Shown: positions 10,901-17,938 of the stretch, piece by piece
Position numbering within the stretch: the stretch's first letter is position 1
Layout of the letters: every line of letters starts with the position of its first letter
Source: Catajapyx aquilonaris
Taxonomy: Eukaryota
Direction of reading: 5' to 3'
DNA length: 20,000 nucleotides
NCBI GenBank assembly: GCA_000934665.2
Contig: JYFJ02001996.1
Span: 44,780 to 64,779 of the forward strand
Made by a program: the position numbers and the translations under genes
Notes under the pieces: model-generated
The model's input: the letters and a program-made list of their open reading frames with translations, nothing else
Database searches by the model: none
What the model was told of the DNA's origin: nothing

Positions 10901-13900
10901 TCTCACCCAAGGCGAAGCCGGAGACGACCCCGAACTCCTCACGAGATGAAAGGGGGGAATGCCTGGGCTTGGGATCGAACCCAGGGCCCTTACATCCGTG
11001 GCCGCATACGTTACCGCAGTACCACTTCGCCTCCCCTGCAGACGTTACACTTAGAGAGAAACATTATGCCGACATACATTATCAGACCACGAACACAGGC
11101 GGTAATATGCGACACACCTCTACGTATTTAGAACACCACATGTGCCACTCGACCGAAGGAATCAGGAAACCCAACATTGGACCTAGTTTCCGTGTGCTTC
11201 CTTTCATTCGATATTCTATGGAACGTAAATCCGCACTATGTTCTGAGTATGTTGCAAGTGGGGGGTGTACTACTGCCTCTCACTGTACGGCGCCTGCTTG
11301 AGCTATGAGCGTCGAACCACCTGGGGTGGGTTCAGTTTCGACGGAACTATTTTTCCCGCACTCTGTTCTGCGAATCATAATTGCGAGTTTCGTGCATCAT
11401 AAATTTGATTTTCGCTCAACGTAGTGTGGGTTTACGTTCCACGGCAGTGTGGAAATCAAAACCGCGCTATGTTTTTTTGGGGGCCTCTGCGGGGGGGTCC
11501 AACTGTCTTGCCATTCACCAAAGCAGTGGTGGCGGAGGGGATATGGTATCCGACTGCTAATCGGGAGGTCCTGGGTTGGAATCCCGGTGCCGGCAACTCT
11601 AACCGTGGTTTTCTGTGGTTTCCCACGGTTCCTCCAGGAAAATTCCGGAGTTGTTTCCTGAACTAATAGGCCACAGCCGCCTCCTTCCTTTCCTATCCCA
11701 AAAAGCGCAGTAAAAACGAAACGAAGAGTTCCAGTCAAAAAAATAATATCCCCCTAAAGAGCCGCTGGTTGATAACGGGGTATGAATTATTATTATTATT
11801 ATCAACTGTCTTGCCATTCAGTCATCGTTCAACTCACGGGGGTCGGACCACCTGGTATGTCGACAGTTTCGCCAAATCTTTCCGTGGATGCCAATATCAC
11901 GCATGTGTGATCCATATTATCGTTGTTATAGGCTTCGTTCAATAAGGTCAAGATTCGCAAATCTTGAAAATGCAACATAGCGCGGTTTTGATTTCCGCGA
12001 TTCATTTGTAGCAAATACATCTTTTTACCATTCTGAACAAAAAAATAATAGCCTCCAGTTTGATTTTTGAGCCATATGGGCATATTGTGGATTGACGGAG
12101 AGCAACGAAACTGGTGTGTTATTGTGGCACTTCCCCTTCCTGTAATGGGATTTTCCCCCAAGGAGAAAAATAAATAATAATAATAATAATAATAATAATA
12201 ATTATTATTATTATTATTATTATTTATTTTATTTTTTTCCCCGTGCTAGGCATCAAAGGCCTCTTTGGGGAGTGGCACACCACCATCAGTTTTCTCTGTG
12301 TATTACACTTTTCTTCATTCACCGGTGCAAAGAGTCAAGGATGTCGGGTAGGGGTAGGGATTTTTTGGGGAGGGAACATAGGTGCAAGTGCAATGTCTAC
12401 AAATGGGTCATGTGCTGTCCCCCAGGAGGTTAGGTTGCCAGACACCTCCAAGGTGCAGGTCAGAGACCCTCCTGACGCAGGTGAAAGGAAAGTTTTCCAG
12501 GCGGGGATCGAACCTGGGGCCTTTCACTCAGCAAGCCGTGACGTTACCATCACGGCCACCACACCTCCCCCATATTATTATTATTATTATTTTTATTTTT
12601 TTTATTATTGAGTCATCAATAGGGAATGTGTAAACACAGCATGGCTCTTTGAACACATTGTAGTTTCTACTCAGCATTCCCTAAAAATGGAAGCAGAGAA
12701 ATAATTCAGTCACGGTGCCAATGAGAAAATTCCTCTATCCAATCAAAAAGCACGGAACATTCAGGAAGGACATATGATTAAATAGGAAACTTTTTTCCAC
12801 TGTCATCCATTCCTTCATGCCAGGGATGAATTCAAATGCCAGTTTTGTTGAATAGAAGTTTACAGGAAAAATTCAGGAATGTCAGTTTTTGCTGCTGTAA
12901 AGGATGAGCGTACATGCCTGATTCTTAAGAAAAGACAGCCACCTCCAACTTTCACTTGCTGCAGGAGGTCATCTGTCACAAAGGGATTGTTCTAACTGCT
13001 TTGAAAAATAAAACTCTTTGTAGCAAGTAAAGATTGTGAATTAGCCTGATGATGAAATATCTATATTTTTCATGCAGTGAGAACCTTGTAATTCACAATG
13101 TGATTCTGCAGGACACTATTAAATTTACGAAGTTTAATCTGTCATAAAGTTGTTACAGTACTTTCTGTATGTTTGAGCACAGGTTCAGCATCATCTCTGT
13201 TGGAGGGGCAGGCAGGAGTTTCAGATGCTAAGCGTGACAGTGACATTGAAGTAATCAGCAGTCCAAGTCAGAACAGCATTGAAGTTTTGGCACCAGGATT
13301 GGAACGCAGAGGAGGGTGAGTTTCTTTTGCAAGCATGAGAAACATCATGCACAGTACTAATGACTGTGTCATGTAGGGATGCTGAGGAAGCTGCTTCCAG
13401 TCGAATTCTTTGTGACAAGAGGGATCCTGTCTTCCCGACCATTATGGATAGTAAGTTTTTGTAGATGAGGACAGTTGGTGTCTGACATAATAATTTAGGT
13501 TCTTTAACAGATAATTATGATACAACATTTAGAAGTGTGCAGAACTACTCCACTCCTGTGGTTTCAATTTCACACTCTGGCATCCATCGGGGCAGTCCAG
13601 ATGTATTTGCAACCCCAGGGTCGAGTTTTACCAATTCTGAATATTTTGACACTACCAGCAACAGGAAATCTCCATGTCAGAGCTTGCACTTAAGTGTGGA
13701 AAGGCCTGATTCACTGGTATCGTCCAACTCCACCCATTCTGACTCCCTTAGAATGAATTATACTCAGAAGCCTGAAGCTGTTGTTGAGTCGCATAGACCA
13801 GAAAGACAAATCTTTTCCAATGAAAAGTTTGATGATGTGGATCATCGTTTGCAGTTACATTTTTGTGTCAATCTGTTTGGAAGCGATGAAGAGTTCCAGA

Positions 13901-14948
13901 GTTGCCTTAATGTGAGTTTGCCTGCAATGTATACCTTGGGCCACATGCCAGAATTTGTGCTTTTCAGGCTGATATAGTGTTGCCTAGCACACCAGGGATG
14001 TTCCCAGGATTGTTTGTGATATCAAGCCTCAAGGTTTATGTCCTCAAGATTATTGGCAATAATTGGTGAGTCTGACAGCTGCAAGAAAATTATCTGTTGC
14101 TGACCTGATTGGTTCTAGGGATACTCCCAAGATGTCACTTGAGCAAGTTGATTCCTACATGCTGAAGCAAATGTCCCAGTTGTTGATTGTGGCTGGAAAG
14201 CAAGCAGTGACTGTGGAATTTCAGCCCAAAGGATCACTTGGTCTAGTCATGATGGATATTGGAAAGACTGAAAGATATGTGGAACACATTTCAGGTGAGT
14301 TGTGGCCTCATTTGGTATTGATTTGCATTAACCTAGACTTGGTCTTCCAGATGTGCTTAGGAGAAGCAACTTGGACGTGAAGATTGTCAACTGTCTCAAT
14401 ACGCAAGAGTTGGCCATGTTGCAGAAGTTGGAGGAGAGTGGGAATCTGCAGCATGGATCAGTATTAAATGTTTGCTTATGCTATTCTGATTCAGGATGTC
14501 AAGGTTTGGTTTTTTTGTCATATTGATTCTTTAAAATGTTTATGTCTAAATTTTTTCAGCTGCCCCTGAGTTAACCACTTTGGTCGTAACAAGATCTCAT
14601 GTAGCCCTATTTGGAGGAGATATTCAATGGATTTTATCATCAACACAAGGCCCAGGCAAAGTGAAACTCTGTCAACCTGTTGAAAATCTATCAGGATTTG
14701 TGAGTCCTTTTTTTGTTCAGCTATTTCCAAAGGATTCTAAAATGAATTGATGTTTACAGGAAAGTGAAATGACGCAGGTGATAGTGACCTTCTACGATGA
14801 GGATTCAAATTCTCTTGCAAAGTGGAGGCTATCAACATCTTCCTTGGAGGGTGCAGCCTTCATTGTTGAAACCTTGCGGAAACCATGGGAGGATGTATTC
14901 CAGGTATCACTGGTGTCTCCGTCTGGCTGCCCTACAGAAGAACATTGA
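4245..14948 (+). CDS. STK11IP: Serine/threonine-protein kinase 11-interacting protein (LIP1) orthologue, 17 coding exons, about 1213 aa. join(4245..4953,5014..5210,7241..7361,7428..7571,7624..7971,8032..8282,8339..8480,8547..8699,8769..8981,13183..13315,13377..13450,13511..13911,13968..14065,14119..14294,14351..14503,14560..14699,14760..14948)
   Basis: Seen: all introns are GT..AG, phases match, summed length 3642 nt is divisible by 3, TGA at 14946-14948. Recalled similarity to human STK11IP along the whole length: LLSRCGGDFAPPSPW, LRRs ending LRLEGNP, FTLD, VRKQFGEENWL, QCLKC...CPVCSSD, DHRLQLHF, C-terminal LRKPWEDVF. No database search was run. Confidence 0.93.
5014..5210 (+). CDS. STK11IP: STK11IP exon 2 (last LRRs and LRR cap)
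   Basis: ttttttgacag acceptor, GAG|GTAAAT donor, LKELRLEGNPM. Confidence 0.92.
5418..7158. mobile_element. Foldback-type non-autonomous DNA element (~750-bp inverted arms) in intron 2
   Basis: 5418 to ~6168 aligns by eye with the reverse complement of ~6410-7158 (e.g. ttttattacatcactggaaagggataat / attatccctttccagtgatgtaataaaa); ~240-bp spacer; TSD unresolved. Confidence 0.92.
7241..7361 (+). CDS. STK11IP: STK11IP exon 3
   Basis: tttcag acceptor; FTLDSMAL resembles human FLLDGKVL; phase-1 donor T|GTGAGC is required to join exon 4. Confidence 0.8.
7428..7571 (+). CDS. STK11IP: STK11IP exon 4
   Basis: attacag acceptor, G|GTGAGT donor, RTRQVEIAEP motif. Confidence 0.8.
7624..7971 (+). CDS. 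STK11IP: STK11IP exon 5
   Basis: ctttttag acceptor, G|GTAATT donor, RKQFGEENWL plus acidic linker. Confidence 0.85.
8032..8282 (+). CDS. STK11IP: STK11IP exon 6 (PH-like region)
   Basis: tttttcag acceptor, CAG|GTCAGT donor, IKLEFDTIKRDAVIREY. Confidence 0.88.
8339..8480 (+). CDS. STK11IP: STK11IP exon 7 (first CxxC)
   Basis: cttaacag acceptor, G|GTAAGA donor, MQCLKCESEF. Confidence 0.88.
8547..8699 (+). CDS. STK11IP: STK11IP exon 8 (second CxxC)
   Basis: ttggcag acceptor, CPVCSSDKIFEL, donor G|GTGAAC. Confidence 0.82.
8769..8981 (+). CDS. STK11IP: STK11IP exon 9 (low-complexity linker)
   Basis: ttgcag acceptor, G|GTGAGT donor, phase-compatible open frame. Confidence 0.72.
9216..9456. mobile_element. 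Small non-autonomous element with repeated subterminal ccttgtgagg motifs and an AGGTT repeat
   Basis: gcattgctatccttgtgagg ... cctcacaagaataggaatgc inverted ends; motif repeated internally; taggttaggttag near 9400. Confidence 0.65.
9556..10083. mobile_element. PIF/Harbinger-like MITE
   Basis: 32-bp TIRs with one mismatch (gagtacgtttacatgggactaaaaatcggcct / aggccgatttttagtcccatgtaaacgcactc), flanks ACT and ATT, internal ctacatggga repeats. Confidence 0.85.
10374..10571 (+). mobile_element. 3' part of a DINE-1/HINE (Helentron-like) non-autonomous element
   Basis: (CAGA)n at ~10516-10531 followed by terminal hairpin taagactttttc-tctc-gaaaaaggttta and an A run; upstream part recurs inverted at 11859-12004. 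Confidence 0.55.
10579..11036 (-). mobile_element. tRNA-derived SINE (head firm at ~10960-11036, 3' end uncertain)
   Basis: Minus strand GGGGAGGCGAAGTGGTACTGCGGTAACG...GGGTTCGATCCC with A and B boxes. Confidence 0.6.
11518..11802 (+). mobile_element. Full-length tRNA-derived SINE with 18-bp TSD
   Basis: A box TGGCGGAGGGG, stem-loop TCCGA-CTGCTAA-TCGGG, B box GGTTGGAATCC, (ATT)n tail; caactgtcttgccattca duplicated at 11500-11517 and 11803-11820. Confidence 0.92.
11859..12004 (-). repeat. Inverted second copy of the 10374-10517 repeat
   Basis: cgccaaatctttccgtggat versus atccacggaaagatttggcg; taggcttcgttcaataagg versus ccttattgaacgaagccta. Confidence 0.85.
12168..12238. repeat. (AAT)n-(ATT)n palindromic microsatellite, two retroposon tails abutting
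   Basis: taataataat...aattattatt..., switching at about 12201. Confidence 0.9.
12202..12571 (-). mobile_element. Full-length tRNA-derived SINE with (AAT)n tail
   Basis: Minus-strand head GGGGAGGTGTGGTGGCCGTGATGGTAACG...AGGTTCGATCCCC; tail at 12202-12238; (ATT)n also present at 12572-12609. Confidence 0.85.
13183..13315 (+). CDS. STK11IP: STK11IP exon 10
   Basis: cacag acceptor, GG|GTGAGT donor, SDIEVISSPSQNSIEVL. Confidence 0.82.
13377..13450 (+). CDS. STK11IP: STK11IP exon 11
   Basis: tgtag acceptor, A|GTAAGT donor, phases 2 and 1 fit the neighbouring exons. Confidence 0.78.
13511..13911 (+). CDS. STK11IP: STK11IP exon 12
   Basis: tttaacag acceptor, AAT|GTGAGT donor, FDDVDHRLQLHFCVNLFGSDEEF. 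Confidence 0.88.
13968..14065 (+). CDS. STK11IP: STK11IP exon 13
   Basis: ttttcag acceptor, TG|GTGAGT donor, GLFVISSLKVYVLKI. Confidence 0.88.
14119..14294 (+). CDS. STK11IP: STK11IP exon 14
   Basis: ttctag acceptor, G|GTGAGT donor, open frame. Confidence 0.85.
14351..14503 (+). CDS. STK11IP: STK11IP exon 15
   Basis: cttccag acceptor, G|GTTTGG donor, open frame, phases fit. Confidence 0.82.
14560..14699 (+). CDS. STK11IP: STK11IP exon 16
   Basis: ttttttcag acceptor, TTT|GTGAGT donor, TLVVTRSHVALF. Confidence 0.85.
14760..14948 (+). CDS. STK11IP: STK11IP exon 17 (terminal)
   Basis: tttacag acceptor, VTFYDEDS...WRL...LRKPWEDVFQVSL, TGA stop. Confidence 0.85.
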   Translation, partial: ESEMTQVIVTFYDEDSNSLAKWRLSTSSLEGAAFIVETLRKPWEDVFQVSLVSPSGCPTEEH

Positions 14949-15100
14949 CTTTACATTCTATGGATCTGATCACTTTAGCAAGTCACATTGTTAACCCTCC
15001 TAAATTCAACTATGCAATAAGATGAGATGTAACAATCTGACTCCAATATACCTGCATCAACTGCATTGCACTTCTTAACTACTAGAATGAACCATTATTG

Positions 15101-15821
15101 CAGTGAAACCTGTATATAGCGGAATCGCATGGGACCCCACAAAATTTCCGTTATGGACAGGTTTCCGCTATAACCAGATCAAGGACGTTACTCTTTTTTT
15201 TTTGCTGGCAGGAAACAGAGGAAAATGGGGAGAGCAAAAATAAGCACCTTACCTCAATATGGTGCAAAATCAGAATTTTGCCTGCTGCATTGGACCATCA
15301 GCCCGGACTCGGGCAATATGTTGCACCCGTGTCAACCCCTTCCTCTTCCCCGACATAACTGGACCGAACTGTGAACTAAAAGGCACCTAAGAGTCACATG
15401 AGTCACATCTTGTTGGTCTGTCCTGAAAGCCGATTTTCGAGTTTCGCAACCAAAAATAGTCCCCCTCTCCTCACCCTTTATCTGCAAGGCCACAGGCCAT
15501 AGCAATTCCAGAATTTACTAGACACATGTGGTCCAAAAAGGGTTACTCAGAGGCCACCTGGAATTGCCGATAGTGAACCCGGCTGTAGTTTCTAAGTTTG
15601 TGACTCGCACGAGATAATGCGAACCTTTTGATTTCCGCTATGAACAGGGATTTTCTCTGAAGGGAGCCAAAAATCCCTTCCGTTTCTGCATTGGGCAGGT
15701 TCCGTTATATATCCGTCAAAAAATACATTGTATGCCCTATGCATATGCCCGTTCCCGGAAAAAATTTCGTAATGGATAAGTTTCCGCTATATCCAGGGTC
15801 CGTTATGGGCAGGTTTCACTG
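15101..15821. mobile_element. pogo/Tigger-like MITE
   Basis: cagtgaaacctg ... caggtttcactg termini, TG (left) and TA (right) flanks, repeated ttccg(t/c)tat subterminal motifs. Confidence 0.85.
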
Positions 15822-15947
15822 TATTATTATTTGACAGGTGATTTTCCAGAATGCTTGATGGAAGTGGAGAAGCAAATACAGTATATCTTTGGCATTAAGG
15901 AGAAAGGGCGAATAGACCATTTTTCAAAAAAAGGCGAAAATGCATAT

Positions 15948-16568
15948 GGGCCATTCCACGTGGTATCATCACGAGGTATGCTCATGAATTTTAGATTTCC
16001 AAAATAATTTGCAGGAAGATAGACCTATCCCTAAACTCTAGATTTCCCAAGTATTTCGCTCCGCTGTCCTCAAGGTCACAAGAGGTGAGGGGATATGTCC
16101 GAGGGGGCAAATTGCAACTTTCAAACCAAGCCACTTTCAGAATCAAATATCTCAGAAACTACGCGTCGTAGCGACTCTTTTCATGGAACATTTGTTTCAG
16201 ATCATTGGACGTAGGATTTGAAAATGTAATCACTTATGCGATATATGTATTGTCTAAAGAGTTACAGCTTCCCCAATATGTGTATTTTTGTCAAAATCTG
16301 CTCTCTTTCGGAATTTTTTACTGCCGTAATATTGTATTAATTTGCAAATATTATACCTTGTCGGAGACATATCCATGTACCTGATCTCTCACAAATTATT
16401 CCACATTGTACAATATATAAACTCGGAGAATTTAACAGTCGTATTTTGAAGAAACCTCATTTTGGCCGTTATTGAGGCGCGAAAAAATGTATGGGACAAC
16501 GACTAAAAATCAGGAAGTGAGTTATTCGGATAGTCCAAAACGTGGGCTTTCTGAATATATCTACCTGA
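15948..16568. mobile_element. Probable truncated DNA-transposon relic
   Basis: Starts gggccattccacg, a TIR-like start, with MITE-like internal sequence; no matching right end found. Confidence 0.35.
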
Positions 16569-16570
16569 TA

Positions 16571-17153
16571 CAGTAAAACTTCTATAAGTGGAACTTCCCT
16601 AAGTCGAAGTTCTCTATAAGTCGAAGAAAATGATGAGTTTGGTTGGTCACAATGTAAAATAATAGGAAATAAACTTCCCTAACTCGAATTTCTATAACTC
16701 GAAGTTCTGGCAGGGCCTTTCGATGGGATATCAATGCATTTTCAGTCTCTCTAAGTCGAAGTTCATGTTGGCGAGTGCAGAAAATGTTCTAATGTCCTAG
16801 TCGAAGGGTCGAGAGTAGGCCACATGTACGGAAAGGGTCAATTTCCTGATCTCAGTCTACCAGACGTACCGAAAGAAGTGTTTGACTCGATTGTGACAAT
16901 TGAATCCTTGAATCGAAGAGTAGGCAAATGTCCATAACAGAGGTTTTTTTAACACCAAAACAACGAGGAACATTGTAAGTGTGATAGTGAGAGTTATTTT
17001 TAAGTTTTGATCACCTTTCGTCGCTGGATATGAAGGTAGGCTTCCTTATAGAGTTACGTGTTTTAAAAAATCCAAACTTCTCTAACTCGAATCTTCTATA
17101 CCTCGAAGTTTTTTCCCGGTCCCATGGGGATTTGACTTATAGAAGTTTTACTG
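16571..17153. mobile_element. pogo/Tigger-like MITE, 583 bp
   Basis: Perfect 19-bp TIRs cagtaaaacttctataagt / acttatagaagttttactg, TA on both sides, multiple taa(g/c)tcgaa subterminal repeats. Confidence 0.92.
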
Positions 17154-17194
17154 TATATGATAATAATCTGGCCTGGAGAGACGGTAGGGCCTTT

Positions 17195-17352
17195 TGTTTG
17201 AAGGCAAGTTCCTCCGGCAGCTGCGGCGTCTTCACCCGGCCATCATTGGATGGCTTCGGACCTTGCTTCAGACTCTCCAGTGTTCTCCCGTGGGGGCAGT
17301 ATGATGGCCGGGTGAAGACACCGCAGCTGCCGGCGGAACTTGCCTTCAAACA
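17195..17352. repeat. GC-rich inverted repeat with 52-bp arms and 54-bp spacer
   Basis: 17195-17246 versus 17301-17352, two mismatches, no obvious TSD. Confidence 0.9.
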
Positions 17353-17551
17353 CATAGAAACCTGCATTTCTCATGCATCAAACTAGAATATTGTTGGAGT
17401 TCTTCTGTTCAAGATTTCACTTCTCAGGATAGAATCTAGGTGGCCCCACTCTCTCTCCTTATTAGTCTTCTGAAGTTAACAGTAAAATTCAAGTTCTATG
17501 ACCAGTGAATCTCTGGCCAGTCAAGTAACTACATAGTATGTAATGATCTTT

Positions 17552-17609
17552 CCCCCAAAAAGGGCCCTGCCCTCGCAAGGGGTAACGTAAATAAATATAA
17601 ATATAAATA
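17552..17609 (+). mobile_element. Extremely 5'-truncated non-LTR retroposon 3' end
   Basis: GC stem-loops plus a (TAAA/TATAAA) tail between 17-bp direct repeats agtatgtaat(g/t)atcttt at 17535-17551 and 17610-17626. Confidence 0.7.
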
Positions 17610-17827
17610 AGTATGTAATTATCTTTTTTTCTGCTTACCTCTTGCCAGCCCCTGGTCTACCACCCCAAGGCACCTCAAGACATGACAGTATCACTTGCCT
17701 ATGGGCTTTACTCCAGGTTCAAAACTGATTAATGCCTGCAAGAGATAAGGCAAATTTAGCATACATGGTACTGCTAATTTTTATGTAGAATCGACACATG
17801 TCCCAGCTTGAGGTCACTCTTCCTGGC

Positions 17828-17938
17828 CAGGGATGGAAAAAGTACCGCTTCCTTCCAAGAAGCGCTTCTTTTTTCCATGTGCAGGGATAGAAAAAGAACC
17901 GCTTACCGCCCAAAGAAGAGGTTCTTTTTCCATCCCTG
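17828..17938. mobile_element. 111-bp hAT micro-MITE
   Basis: Perfect 15-bp TIR CAGGGATGGAAAAAG (Ac-like CAGGGATG) and perfect 8-bp TSD TTCCTGGC at 17820-17827 and 17939-17946. Confidence 0.93.

Noticed and set aside
11522..11595. Functional tRNA-Ser(GCT) gene
   Set aside because: Acceptor stem is poor, B box is mutated, and it is the head of a TSD-flanked SINE
10789..12633. Several 70-170 aa ORFs in intron 9
   Set aside because: They overlap SINEs and microsatellites; no RT or transposase motifs
16571..16810. CRISPR-like array of taagtcgaag repeats
   Set aside because: Short, irregularly spaced subterminal repeats of a pogo-like MITE in eukaryotic DNA
17030..17386. ORFs with DGRVKTPQLP on both strands
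   Set aside because: Product of the 52-bp palindrome
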